DNA of 64,000 nt from an uncultured Actinomycetes bacterium (lineage in GTDB: Bacteria; Actinomycetota; Thermoleophilia; UBA2241): the NCBI GenBank assembly GCA_963725665.1, contig CAVRZA010000002.1, forward strand, positions 416,001 to 480,000. Reading direction: 5' to 3'. Below are positions 19,296 to 29,187 of the stretch, in pieces. The translations under genes and the position numbers were made by a program. Numbering within the stretch: the stretch's first letter is position 1; each line of letters opens with the position of its first letter. The notes under the pieces were generated by a model. That model had not been told where the DNA came from. It did not search any database and worked only from the letters and a program-made list of their open reading frames with translations.

Positions 19296-21200
19296 GTGAC
19301 GGACGCGTACGAAGAGGGACAGCTGATCGACGGCCGCTACCGCGTGCTGCGCAAGATCGGCGCGGGAGGGATGGCCGACGTCTATCTGGCGCGCGACGAG
19401 ACGCTCGGGCGTCAGGTGGCGGTCAAGATCCTCCTGTCGCGCTTCGCCGACGACCGGCAGTTCGTCGAGCGCTTCCGGCGCGAGGCGCAGGCGGCCGCCG
19501 GCCTCAACCACCCCAACATCGTCAACATCTACGACCGTGGCCAGGTCGGCTCGACGTACTACATCGTCATGGAGTACCTGAGCGGAGAGACCCTGAAGGA
19601 CTTCGTCCGCCGCCACGGCCGGCTGGCGGCGCGCGACGCCATCGGCATCGCCCTGGAGCTGCTCGCGGCTTTGCAGTACGCGCACGAGCACAACGTCGTG
19701 CACCGCGACATCAAGTCGCAGAACGTCATGCTCGACGAGCACGGGCGGGCCAGGGTGACGGACTTCGGCATCGCCCGCGCCGGCGACTCATCGATGACCG
19801 AGGTGGGCTCGGTCCTAGGCACCGCGCAGTACTTGTCGCCGGAGCAGGCCAAGGGGCAGCCGGCCGACGAGCGCTCAGACCTCTACTCGGTCGGCGTCGT
19901 GCTCTACGAGATGCTGACCGGACGCGTGCCCTTCAAGGGCGACACGGCCGTGAGCGTGGCGCTCAAGCACGTCAACGAGCTGCCGCCGGAGCCGATCGCC
20001 CTCGCCGCCGACCTGCCGCCGTCGCTCAACCGCGTGGTGCTCAAGGCGCTCGCCAAGAACCCCGACCGCCGCTACAACAGCGCCGCCCAGTTCGCCTCTG
20101 ACCTGCGCGCCGTGCTCGGAGGCGGTCCGCTCGTCGCCGCCGGCTACGACGTCGGCGACGAGCGCACCCAGGTCGTGGCGCCGCTGCCGATAGGCGACGA
20201 GGCGACGCGCGTCATGGCCGGCCAGCCGGCCACGGCCGCACCGGCTGCGCGCGTCGCCCCGGGACCGCCGCAGCGCAAGCGGCGTCGCATCTGGCCCTGG
20301 CTCCTGCTCGTGGCGGTCCTGGCGCTGGCACTCATCGGGGGCTTCCTGCTGTTCCGGACGCTCACCGGCACAGCAGTGGCCGTGCCCAACGTGGTCGGCC
20401 AGCAGCAGGCGACGGCCGCGAGCCAGCTCGAAAAGGCGGGCTTCAGCGTCGATACCAAGAGCACCTACTCCGACCAGTACTCTCAGGTGGGCCTGGTGGC
20501 GCGCCAGTCGCCCGCGGGCGGCACCGACCTGCGCAAAGGTGAGCCGGTCACCATCTGGGTGAGCAAGGGTCCCGAGCACTTCCAGCTCGGCAACCTCTTC
20601 GGCTTGACCGCCAAGAAGGCGGCCGACTACCTGAAGAGCGAGGGCCTCGTGCCCAAGCAACTCAGCGGCAACTCCCCACAGGCGCGGGGTACCGTCTTCA
20701 AGCAGGACCCGGCCGCCTTCGCCACCGTGGCGCGCGGCGACACGGTGTCGTACTGGGTGAGCAAGGGTCCCGCGCGAGTGTCCGTCCCGGATCTCAGCGG
20801 TTTGAGCCAGAGCCAGGCCGAGGCGACGATACGGGGGGCGGGCCTCGTCGTGGGAACGGTCGGGAGCCAGCCCAGCGTGACCGTGCCGGCGGGCGCGGTC
20901 GTGAGCCAGACGCCGAGCCCCGGCACCAAGGTCGACAAGGGCACCAGCGTGAGCATCGTCGTGAGCACGGGATCCCCGTCGCCTTCACCTTCTCCGTCGC
21001 CGTCGCTTGTCCTCGTGCCCAGCGTGCTGACCATGGATCAGGGTACGGCCGAGACCACGCTTGACGCCGCCGGCTTCCTCTCTACCGTCAAGAAGAAGGG
21101 CGGCACCGGCCAGCCGCCGGGCACCGTCGTCGCGCAGGACCCGCTTCCCGACACCAAGGCGCCGGCGGGGTCGACCGTCACCATCACGGTCGCCAAGTAG
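19296..21200 (+). CDS. pknB: PASTA-domain Ser/Thr kinase PknB
   Basis: GAGGMADV, HRDIKSQN, DFGIAR, GTAQYLSPEQ, TM, about 4 PASTA repeats. Confidence 0.95.
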   Translation: MTDAYEEGQLIDGRYRVLRKIGAGGMADVYLARDETLGRQVAVKILLSRFADDRQFVERFRREAQAAAGLNHPNIVNIYDRGQVGSTYYIVMEYLSGETLKDFVRRHGRLAARDAIGIALELLAALQYAHEHNVVHRDIKSQNVMLDEHGRARVTDFGIARAGDSSMTEVGSVLGTAQYLSPEQAKGQPADERSDLYSVGVVLYEMLTGRVPFKGDTAVSVALKHVNELPPEPIALAADLPPSLNRVVLKALAKNPDRRYNSAAQFASDLRAVLGGGPLVAAGYDVGDERTQVVAPLPIGDEATRVMAGQPATAAPAARVAPGPPQRKRRRIWPWLLLVAVLALALIGGFLLFRTLTGTAVAVPNVVGQQQATAASQLEKAGFSVDTKSTYSDQYSQVGLVARQSPAGGTDLRKGEPVTIWVSKGPEHFQLGNLFGLTAKKAADYLKSEGLVPKQLSGNSPQARGTVFKQDPAAFATVARGDTVSYWVSKGPARVSVPDLSGLSQSQAEATIRGAGLVVGTVGSQPSVTVPAGAVVSQTPSPGTKVDKGTSVSIVVSTGSPSPSPSPSPSLVLVPSVLTMDQGTAETTLDAAGFLSTVKKKGGTGQPPGTVVAQDPLPDTKAPAGSTVTITVAK

Positions 21201-21305
21201 CCCGACCGCGGAAGCGGGCCCACGGTGCGTCCTGTGCGCTCGGCGGTCGGTCGCCCGGGTCGCCGTCGGACGGCGCGGTCCGCCGTGGACGGCCGGCGCG
21301 CCGGG

Positions 21306-22298
21306 CTACCGGTGCACGAGTAGCACGTAGACCAGGTACGCGAAGTACACCGTGCTGCCGCCGCCGATCGACCACCACGTCATCGTGTGCTTGATGCGCA
21401 GCGTCAGGTAGTAGACGAGGCCGGCGAAGAGCGTCAGCGCCCCGCTCACGTAGGCGTCGCGGGGCAGCTCCCAGGTCGTGAAGAGCAGGCCGACGGAGAC
21501 GGGGAAGGTGCTCTGGAACACCATCGCCCCGGTGATGTTGCCGAGGGCGAGGGTGTCCTTCTTCTGACGGATCCAGATGACCGAGTTGAACTTCTCGGGC
21601 AGCTCGGTCGCCACCGGCGTGATGAGGAGCGAGACGATCAGAGGGCTCGCCCCCACGGCAACGCTCACCTCGCGTACCGCGTCGACGAAGACCCAGGCCC
21701 CGCCGATGATGCCCGCCAGGGCGACGAGGAGCTGGGCGAAGATGCGCCGCCTGTGCGGCATCACGGGGTGACGATGGAAGTAGAGCGGCTTCGTCTCGCC
21801 TCCGAGGTCGCCCTCGTCCTTCAGCGTGCGGTAGACGTAGAAGGCGTAGCCCAGGGTGAGCAGAGGCGCGAGGATCCACTGCACGTGGTGCACATTGACC
21901 ACGCCGGCGGCCATGGCGAGGCCGTAGGCGATCAGGAAGTAGCTCAGGTCGCGGCGCATCACGCGTTCATTGAGTCTGACTTCGCGCGTGCGGCGGCCAA
22001 AGAAGGCGAAGACGAAGATGGCCGTCGCGGTGACGAACATGGCGAGGCTCGAGAGCATGAACGGCGCTCCGAGGATCGCCCCGATCCCGATATCCTCCTC
22101 GGCCTGCCCGCCGAGGATGACGATGGCGATGATGGGCACGAGCGTCTCGGGGAGGGCCGTGCCCACGGCGGCGAGCACGCTCCCGACGGCGCCTTCGCCG
22201 AGCTCGTATCGGCGCCCGAACCACTCGATGGCATTGGTGAAGAGCTCGGCCGAGACGAGGATGATGCCGAGCGCGAGGAGGAGGTAGACGACGGTCAT
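21306..22298 (-). CDS. Cation:Ca2+ antiporter (CaCA family)
   Basis: Alpha repeats GTALPE and ATELPE, LGNITGA; multiple TMs. Confidence 0.9.
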   Translation of the reverse strand: MTVVYLLLALGIILVSAELFTNAIEWFGRRYELGEGAVGSVLAAVGTALPETLVPIIAIVILGGQAEEDIGIGAILGAPFMLSSLAMFVTATAIFVFAFFGRRTREVRLNERVMRRDLSYFLIAYGLAMAAGVVNVHHVQWILAPLLTLGYAFYVYRTLKDEGDLGGETKPLYFHRHPVMPHRRRIFAQLLVALAGIIGGAWVFVDAVREVSVAVGASPLIVSLLITPVATELPEKFNSVIWIRQKKDTLALGNITGAMVFQSTFPVSVGLLFTTWELPRDAYVSGALTLFAGLVYYLTLRIKHTMTWWSIGGGSTVYFAYLVYVLLVHR

Positions 22299-22366
22299 GG
22301 GACGGCAGCATACCACGGGGTCCCTCCGCCTCTGGCGAGGCTGCGAGGGGTGCGGGGGAGACGTTC

Positions 22367-22401
22367 GCGGGGCGGGCGCCCGTCACGGGCGCCCGCCCCG
22401 C
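22367..22401. terminator. Hairpin downstream of the NCS2 permease
   Basis: 17-bp perfect arms GCGGGGCGGGCGCCCGT-C-ACGGGCGCCCGCCCCGC. Confidence 0.65.
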
Positions 22402-22414
22402 CCGAGCTCCGTCT

Positions 22415-23842
22415 TTAGCCTATGTTGAAGACGTGCCTGATGAGCGGGAAGGCGAAGTAGATGATGAAGCCGGCGGTGGCGCCGTACATCATCCAGCTCA
22501 CCTCGCGAGCCTTGCCCTGCGCGATACGGATCAGCGTGTAGGCGATGAAGCCGGCGCCGATGCCGTTGGTGATGCTGTAGGTGAGCGGCATCACGGTCAT
22601 GATGAGCACCGCCGGCAGTCCGTAGGCGATGTCCCCGAAATCGATGCCCGAGAGGGGCAGCATCTGCCCCTGGTGCTCCGCCTTCGCCTCGCCGGCCGTC
22701 AGCGTCTGCATCATGAGGAAGCCGACGATGATGAGGGCGGGAGCGGTTGCGTTGGCCGGTACGACGCCGGCGACGGGCCAGAAGGGCATGGCGGCGAAGA
22801 AGAGGACGGCCACGATGACGCCCACCCAGCCGGTGCGGCCCCCGACGCCGACCCCGGCGCCCGACTCGATGTAGGTGGTCGCCGAAGAGCTCGAGACGAC
22901 GCCCCCGGCGGCTGCGGCGAGCGAGTCGACGAGCAGCGGTTTGCGCACGTCGGGGAGGTCGCCCTTCTCATCGAGGTAGCCGGCCTGGCCGCCGACGCCG
23001 ATCAGCGTGCCCATGGTGTCGAAGAAGTCCGACAGCATGATGCTGAACACCCACAGCACGGTGGCCGCGATACCCAGTTCGGCGAACGACGAGAAGTTGA
23101 AGGCCCCGACGATACTGAAGTCCGGCGTCTTCACGATGCTGCTGGGGATGACGGCGATGCCCTCCGCGAACGACTTCTTGTCGTAGATGTAGTTGAGGAT
23201 GGTGGCGAAGATGGTCGAGAAGATGATGCCGAGGAGGATGGCGGCCTTCCAGTGACGTGCCAGCATGATGATGGTGACGACCAGGCCGAAGACGGTCACC
23301 GCGACGGGCACGCCGATGAGGTCGCCGAGGGCGAGGGGGGTGCCGCCTCCCTTGATGACGATACCGCCGTCGACCAGGCCGATGAAGAGGATGAAGAAGC
23401 CGATGCCGATGGCGATGGCCTTTTTGAGCTGCAGGGGGATGCCGAGGAAGATCGCCTCGCGCAGGCCTGTGAGCACCAGGATGGTGATGGCGATGCCCTC
23501 CATCACGATGATGCCCATGGCGGCCTTCATCGAGAGTCCGGCCCCCGCGACGAGGCTGAAGGCGACGACCGCGTTGAGGCCCATGCCGGGAGCAAGGGCG
23601 TAGGCGCGGTTCGTGTAGAGGCCCATGAGCAGCGTCATGACGCCGGCCACCAGGCACGTCGAGGTGAGGACGGCGGCGAAGGGCAGGCCTTTCGGTTGCA
23701 GGGCGGGGATGCCGACGAAACCGAGGATCGAGGGGTTCACGAAGATGATGTAGGACATGACCACGAACGTGGTCAGGCCGGCGATCGTATCCCGTCGCAG
23801 CGTCGTCCCGTTCTCGCGGAACTTGAACAGGTTCTCAAGCAC
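22415..23842 (-). CDS. NCS2/AzgA-family purine permease
   Basis: AGLTTF..MSYIIFVNP, APGMGLNA, DFFDTMGT, TTYIES, GGRTG, PLTYSI. Confidence 0.93.
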   Translation of the reverse strand: MLENLFKFRENGTTLRRDTIAGLTTFVVMSYIIFVNPSILGFVGIPALQPKGLPFAAVLTSTCLVAGVMTLLMGLYTNRAYALAPGMGLNAVVAFSLVAGAGLSMKAAMGIIVMEGIAITILVLTGLREAIFLGIPLQLKKAIAIGIGFFILFIGLVDGGIVIKGGGTPLALGDLIGVPVAVTVFGLVVTIIMLARHWKAAILLGIIFSTIFATILNYIYDKKSFAEGIAVIPSSIVKTPDFSIVGAFNFSSFAELGIAATVLWVFSIMLSDFFDTMGTLIGVGGQAGYLDEKGDLPDVRKPLLVDSLAAAAGGVVSSSSATTYIESGAGVGVGGRTGWVGVIVAVLFFAAMPFWPVAGVVPANATAPALIIVGFLMMQTLTAGEAKAEHQGQMLPLSGIDFGDIAYGLPAVLIMTVMPLTYSITNGIGAGFIAYTLIRIAQGKAREVSWMMYGATAGFIIYFAFPLIRHVFNIG

Positions 23843-24059
23843 TGACTGGCTCCTTGTCAGTCGGTCGTGGAAGTGGTGCCGTGAAGGAGAGCCGGACCCG
23901 CGTCCGGTCGCTTGTTGAGCCCGCGCTCACCCCCTTCTCGCCGTGGCCGTGCCCGAGGATGGTCCGTGCCAGAGCCGGGCGGTATCGGCCCGTGCGGGGT
24001 ATGCCGCCGGCCGTCTCTCTCCTCCCGCGCCCGCGCGGTCACGGGCGTACTCGCTACGA

Positions 24060-24088
24060 ACCCTATGAGAGCCGCAAGCGGTTGACAA
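24060..24088 (-). promoter_or_regulatory. Housekeeping-sigma promoter of the NCS2 permease
   Basis: TTGTCA-N17-TAGGGT on the minus strand. Confidence 0.6.
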
Positions 24089-24133
24089 GCAAACGCGACC
24101 CCGCCGGGGACGGCCGCGACGGGACGGGACGCG

Positions 24134-24163
24134 TTGACAGGGTAGAACGGTCGGCACTAATGT
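24134..24163 (+). promoter_or_regulatory. Probable promoter of the MgtE_N/CBS gene
   Basis: TTGACA-N18-TAATGT. Confidence 0.5.
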
Positions 24164-24217
24164 CTGGCCTACCTTGATCGCTTGCAGACACGCCGCGCAG
24201 GGGGTCGCGCCAGCGTC

Positions 24218-25468
24218 GTGAACGAGGAGCCCCTCGCCCTCTCCCGACTCCAGGAGCTGACGGTCCTCGACCGCGACGGCGCAGCCGCGGGCGACGTGTC
24301 CGACGTGATCGTCGCCCTACTGCCGGAGCCGCCGGTCGTGACGGGCTTGATCCTCGCTCACGGCGACGAGCAGCTGCGCGCGCGCTGGGCGCAGGTCTCT
24401 CAGCTCGATCTCGACCGCGGTGAGCTGCGCCTGTCTGTCGCGCTCGAGCAGCTTGCGCCCGCCTCCCTGCGCACCGACGAGGTCGCCCTGGTCGACCAGG
24501 TGCTCGACAACCAAGTGCTCGACGTGTCGCGGCGCAAGCTCTTCCGTGTGCAGGACGTGGCACTCGAGCGCCGAGCCGGCCGCGTGCTCGTGACGGGTGT
24601 CGACACCAGCAGCTCGGCCGTGTTGCGCCGCATCGGCCTGGGGTTCCTCGCCGGTGGCCGCAAAGAGGGGCAGTTCATCCCCTGGGACGACGTCAACCTG
24701 ATCTCGCTGCGCGTCTCGCGTCTCCATTTCATCGAGGCCTTCGCCGAGCTGGCCGACCTGCACGCGGCCGACATCGCCGACATCATCCAGCAGGTCGGAC
24801 CGCGCGAGCGCGCCGCCGTGCTGGCCGCGCTCGAACCGTCCCTCGCCGCCGACACTCTGCAGGAGATGGACGTGGCGCTGCGCGGCTCGGTGCTGGCGGA
24901 GATGTCGCCGAGCCGCGCAGCGGCGGTGCTGCGCGAGATCGACCCCGACGAGGCCACGGACATGCTCGCCGAACTGCCGGGCGACGTCGCCGAGGCGCTG
25001 CTGGCCACGCTGCCCGAGAAGGAGGCGACGGCCATACGCGGCCTCGCCAGCCACCCCGAGGACTCGGCCGGCGGGCTCATGACCACCGACTACGTCGTGC
25101 TGTTCGGTGGCATGACGGCAGGCGACGCCCTGGCTTTCATCCGTGCCGAGCAGCCCGAGGCCGAGGCCCTCTCCTACATCTTCGTCAACGACGCCCAGGG
25201 AGTCCTGAACGGCGTCGTCAGCCTGCGCGACCTGGTGCTGGCTGAGGCCGATCGCCGCCTCGACCAGATCATGGAGGACGACCCTGTCACGGCGGCGCCC
25301 GACGCCGACGAAGAGGAGGTCGGGCGCCTCATGACCAAGTACAACCTGCTCGTTTTGCCGGTCGTCGACGAGACCGGGCACATGCTGGGCGTGGTGACGC
25401 TCGACGACGCTCTCGACGCCATCGTGCCCGAGGAGTGGAAGCAGCGCCTGCCGCGCCTCTTTCGCTGA
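24218..25468 (+). CDS. PRC-barrel + MgtE N-terminal + CBS-pair protein without TM domain
   Basis: LHAADIADI, SAGGLMTTDY, GVVSLRDL, YNLLVLPVVD; ends without membrane helices. Confidence 0.88.
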   Translation: MNEEPLALSRLQELTVLDRDGAAAGDVSDVIVALLPEPPVVTGLILAHGDEQLRARWAQVSQLDLDRGELRLSVALEQLAPASLRTDEVALVDQVLDNQVLDVSRRKLFRVQDVALERRAGRVLVTGVDTSSSAVLRRIGLGFLAGGRKEGQFIPWDDVNLISLRVSRLHFIEAFAELADLHAADIADIIQQVGPRERAAVLAALEPSLAADTLQEMDVALRGSVLAEMSPSRAAAVLREIDPDEATDMLAELPGDVAEALLATLPEKEATAIRGLASHPEDSAGGLMTTDYVVLFGGMTAGDALAFIRAEQPEAEALSYIFVNDAQGVLNGVVSLRDLVLAEADRRLDQIMEDDPVTAAPDADEEEVGRLMTKYNLLVLPVVDETGHMLGVVTLDDALDAIVPEEWKQRLPRLFR

Positions 25469-25495
25469 CGACCGGCCCGCGCCCGCGGGCGATCG

Positions 25496-26110
25496 CTACA
25501 CGGGCTGTGTAGCCGGGGCCGTCTGCACGGCCTCGCGAGCGCGGCGCGCTCGGGGCGCCGAGATCAGTGTGGCAAGGTCGAGGCGGAATCTGTCGACGCC
25601 CCGGCTCGCGCGCACGCGCCTGAAGCCGTTGCCCTCGAGCACCTGGGGATTGAACAGGTTGAACTCGCGCAAGTAGCCGCGGAAGCGCTCCCCCGAGTGC
25701 ACGTCGTGTAGCGCGAAAGCCTCCAGGGCGGGTACGTCCCGGACCTTGAGCGCGTACTCGATCTCCTGCAGCAAGTGCTGGAAGTCGATCAGGAACTCCT
25801 CGTCGTAGAAGTAGGCGCAGGTCAGCAGGTAGGCGTCGTTCGACGGCGGCCCCGAGGGCAGGTGCAGGGCTCGCGGCACGAGCAGCGCGGGGGCGACGTG
25901 CATCCACCCGATCACGTCGTCGCCGTCGAGCAGGGCGCGAGCGAAGAAGCCGGCCTCGTCCTCCACGCGCTGCTCCCAGACGGCGCGTAGATCGGCGCCG
26001 CTCTCTCGCCCGCGTGCCGTCTGCCACCAGGCGCAGCCGCGGCAGATCGGAGCCATGGTCTCACGGCTGGCGATGTGCACGTCGACGGCGCGCAGGCCGC
26101 TGCCCGTCAT
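25496..26110 (-). CDS. Actinobacterial GNAT-like protein (Rv3916c-like)
   Basis: CRGCAWWQ, PSGPPSNDAYLLTC, ALEAF, NGF. Confidence 0.65.
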   Translation of the reverse strand: MTGSGLRAVDVHIASRETMAPICRGCAWWQTARGRESGADLRAVWEQRVEDEAGFFARALLDGDDVIGWMHVAPALLVPRALHLPSGPPSNDAYLLTCAYFYDEEFLIDFQHLLQEIEYALKVRDVPALEAFALHDVHSGERFRGYLREFNLFNPQVLEGNGFRRVRASRGVDRFRLDLATLISAPRARRAREAVQTAPATQPV

Positions 26111-26132
26111 GGGCGGTCCCCCGCGGGTACGT

Positions 26133-26480
26133 TCACTGGTCGGAAGCGTGTTCGAGGGCGAGGTCGTCGACGAAGACCGACACCTCGTCCAGCTCGATCC
26201 CCGTCATGGTCTTCAGGTAGGTCGACGCCGCCAGGCGCACCTGTTCGGCGAGCGCTGGGATCGCCGCGTCGAGCCGCACGACCAGATGGACCTCGAGGAC
26301 ATGCCGACCCTCGTGCTCCTCGAGGCGCACGGGGCGCAGCCGCTCCAGGTGGACCTTCTCGCCCAGCGTCTGTAGCGGGCTGCGGTGCAGGTCGGCGACG
26401 CCGGGGATCTCCTTGATGGCGTCCCAGACGTAGGTCGTCACAACATCGGGGGCGTAGCTCTGCGCGGACTCGTCGGCCAA
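26133..26480 (-). CDS. Asp23/Gls24 family protein
   Basis: AIKEIPGVA, MTGIELDEVSVFVDD. Confidence 0.82.
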   Translation of the reverse strand: MADESAQSYAPDVVTTYVWDAIKEIPGVADLHRSPLQTLGEKVHLERLRPVRLEEHEGRHVLEVHLVVRLDAAIPALAEQVRLAASTYLKTMTGIELDEVSVFVDDLALEHASDQ

Positions 26481-26676
26481 AGCGACCTCTCTTCGCGTTC
26501 CTGCGGCACCTGGGCCCGATTATAGTCCAGTCGCCTCAGGCGCGAACGTGGCTGCAAACGGGCGTTTGCGCTGGCGGATGGCGCTACCCTATACTCGCAC
26601 CCGGGGAGGCGAGGCGGGTGCGACCGACCCGCGACGACGGTCGACGTCGAAGCGCCTTTCGGACCGAAGGAATCCC

Positions 26677-28113
26677 GTGAGCGAGACGACCATCTATTGC
26701 GCCGACTGGGTCCTCCCGGTCGCGACGCCGTTCCTGCAGCGCGGCGCCGTGGCCGTCGACGGCCGGAGCATCGTCGCCGTAGGCGGGGTCGACGAACTGC
26801 GCGCCGCCTATCCCGGCGCGCAGCTCGTCGACTTCGGCCAGGCCATCATCATGCCGGGCTTCGTCAACGCACACTGCCACGTCGAGTACACCGCCTTCCG
26901 CGGCATCATGGACGACGAGGAGTTCGGCGACTGGATCCTCCAGCTCGTTGACGTGAAGGCCTCGCTGACGCCCGAGGAGTACCTTTGCAGCGCCCTGCTT
27001 GGGGTTCTTGAGACCATCTCCTCGGGCATCACCACCGTGGCCGACGTCACCTACACCGGCAGCAGTCTTGAGGCGTTCAAGCGCGCCGGGCTGCGGGCAA
27101 TCGTCTACCAAGAGGTGTTCGGCGTCGACGACGCGCGCCTCGACCAGACGCTGGCCGACATGCACGAGCGCCTCGAACGGCTGCGCGAAGAGGCGCCTGC
27201 CCAGGTCGGCGTCGGGGTGGCACCCCACGCCACCTACACCGTCTCGAGCCGCCTCTACCAGGCCATCGCACGCTACTGCCAGGAGGCGGGCGTCAAGCTG
27301 ACCAGCCACGTCGCCGAGAGCAAGGACGAGGTCACGTTCATCCGCTCCGGCTCGGGCAAGTTCGCCCACGACTTCCGCGAGAAGATGGGCTGGGAGCGCA
27401 TGCTGGTGCAGCCCTACGGGGTGAGCCCCATCAAGTACCTGCAGCAATGGGACGTCTTCGGGCCCGACTTCCTCGCCGTGCACTGCGTGCAGGCGAGCCT
27501 CGAAGATATCCGCATCCTGCGCCAGAAGGGCGCGGCTGTGGCGCACTGCCCCAAGAGCAACGCCAAGACGGGTTGCGGCGTGGCTCCGCTGCGCGATCTG
27601 GTCCACGAGGGCGTGCGCGTCGGGCTGGGCACCGACAGCCCCGCCTCGAGCAACATCATGGACATGTTCGACGAGATGCGCACGGCCCTCTTCCTCCATC
27701 GCGCGGTCGAACGCGACGTCACCGCGCTCGACGCAGAGCAGGCCGTGCGCATGGCGACGCTCGGCGGCGCCGAGGCGCTCGGGCTGGCCGATGAGGTCGG
27801 CTCGCTCGAACCCGGCAAGCTCGCCGACCTCATCGCCGTCAACGTGGGCAAGTCGCACTTCGTGCCCATTGACAACCCATACTCGGCTCTCGTCTACGGC
27901 GCCAACCAGGACGATGTCTTCTTCACCTGCGTCGACGGCCGCGTGCTCTACGACGCTAAGAAGTTCTCCACGCTCGACGAGGACCTCATCCGCGAGGAGG
28001 GGCTGGGTGTGCGTGAGCGCCTGCTCGCCCGGGTTCGCGAGGGGCGTGTCAGAGTGGGCGCCGCCGAGTCCGGCTGGTGGCACGAGGCGTCCGAGAACAA
28101 GGAGACGACGTAG
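26677..28113 (+). CDS. Amidohydrolase (MtaD/guanine-deaminase-like)
   Basis: PGFVNAHCH, PHATYT, HVAES, HCPKSN, GTDS. Confidence 0.88.
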   Translation: MSETTIYCADWVLPVATPFLQRGAVAVDGRSIVAVGGVDELRAAYPGAQLVDFGQAIIMPGFVNAHCHVEYTAFRGIMDDEEFGDWILQLVDVKASLTPEEYLCSALLGVLETISSGITTVADVTYTGSSLEAFKRAGLRAIVYQEVFGVDDARLDQTLADMHERLERLREEAPAQVGVGVAPHATYTVSSRLYQAIARYCQEAGVKLTSHVAESKDEVTFIRSGSGKFAHDFREKMGWERMLVQPYGVSPIKYLQQWDVFGPDFLAVHCVQASLEDIRILRQKGAAVAHCPKSNAKTGCGVAPLRDLVHEGVRVGLGTDSPASSNIMDMFDEMRTALFLHRAVERDVTALDAEQAVRMATLGGAEALGLADEVGSLEPGKLADLIAVNVGKSHFVPIDNPYSALVYGANQDDVFFTCVDGRVLYDAKKFSTLDEDLIREEGLGVRERLLARVREGRVRVGAAESGWWHEASENKETT

Positions 28114-28788
28114 GTGCTGCTCGACAGAAAGCGCGTCAAGTTCTGGCAGAAGTGGGTGTTCCTGTTCATGGCCATCCTCATGGCGAGCTTCCTCGTCTTC
28201 GGCTACTCGGGCGTGCTGCAGGGGTGCACCAACCGCGTCGGCATCACGCAGGCCAACCCAGCGGAGGCGCGGGTGAAGGACCTGACGAAGCAGCTCCAAG
28301 CCGACCCGACCAACGGTCTCAAGATTCTCGCGCTTGCCGAGGCCTACCAGGTGCGCGCCGGCACGCAGCAGACGGGCAGCTCGAAAGCCCAGGGTGACTA
28401 TGCGCAGGCGCTGACGCTGTATGAGAAGTTCCTCAGCCTTGAGACCGCCCAGCAGGGCGCGACCAAGCAGGAGATCAAGGACAACAAGGTCAAGGCGCTG
28501 GAGAGCCAGGGGCAGATCTACGTCATCCAGGGCGATCTGGCCAAGGTCGTGAAGGTCTACGAACGTCTTACGGAGCTGCGGCCCAAGAACGCCGACTACT
28601 TCCTCACCATGGGCACGGCGGCCCAGCAGTCGGGCGACACGCCGACCGCGCTACTTGCCTTCACGCGCTTCCTGGAGCTGGCGCCCAACGCGCCCGAGGC
28701 CGACACCATAAGAGCCTGGATCAAGAGCCAGTCCGCGCCGGCGTCTGCGAGCCCCACGCCGACGCCGACGGCCACACAGTCACCCTGA
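28114..28788 (+). CDS. Membrane-anchored TPR protein
   Basis: N-terminal TM, TPR-like helices (RFLELAPNAPEA). Confidence 0.8.
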   Translation: MLLDRKRVKFWQKWVFLFMAILMASFLVFGYSGVLQGCTNRVGITQANPAEARVKDLTKQLQADPTNGLKILALAEAYQVRAGTQQTGSSKAQGDYAQALTLYEKFLSLETAQQGATKQEIKDNKVKALESQGQIYVIQGDLAKVVKVYERLTELRPKNADYFLTMGTAAQQSGDTPTALLAFTRFLELAPNAPEADTIRAWIKSQSAPASASPTPTPTATQSP

Positions 28789-28804
28789 CCGACTGCGAGC
28801 CGCT

Positions 28805-29149
28805 ATGACCAACTTCTCAAGCTCTCGGCAACATATCGACGACAATCGTGGCCTGATCGTCCTGAAGGGCGAGGTCGACATCTACACTGCGCCGCGCTTC
28901 AAGGAGGACCTCCTGGCGCTCATCGACGAGGGGATGACCGATATCCTCGTCGACCTGACGGGGGTGGAGTTCATCGACTCCACGGCGCTCGGCGTACTGA
29001 TCGGCGGTGTGAAGCGGCTGCATCCCCTCGATGGCCACCTGGTGCTGGTCGCCCACTCGCGGCCGGTCCTCAAGATCCTTGCCATCACAGGGCTCGACCA
29101 GGTCTTCTCCATCTACCCCGACCGCGAGCAGGCGCTGGCGGCACTCTGA
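28805..29149 (+). CDS. Anti-sigma factor antagonist (STAS; RsbV/BldG-like)
   Basis: GEVDIYTAP, FIDSTALGVL phospho-Ser motif, ITGLD. Confidence 0.92.
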   Translation: MTNFSSSRQHIDDNRGLIVLKGEVDIYTAPRFKEDLLALIDEGMTDILVDLTGVEFIDSTALGVLIGGVKRLHPLDGHLVLVAHSRPVLKILAITGLDQVFSIYPDREQALAAL

Positions 29150-29187
29150 CCGCTGGCCTGCGCTCCTCGGTCTAGCTCGCGTCCACA

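Noticed and set aside
23950-24070. ykkC/guanidine-I or canonical purine riboswitch suggested by TAGGGTTC
   Set aside because: TAGGGT fits a -10 box 17 nt after TTGTCA, and the conserved downstream cores of those riboswitches are absent.
24218-25468. Truncated MgtE pseudogene
   Set aside because: Soluble MgtE_N/CBS proteins are a known actinobacterial architecture and the ORF ends cleanly.
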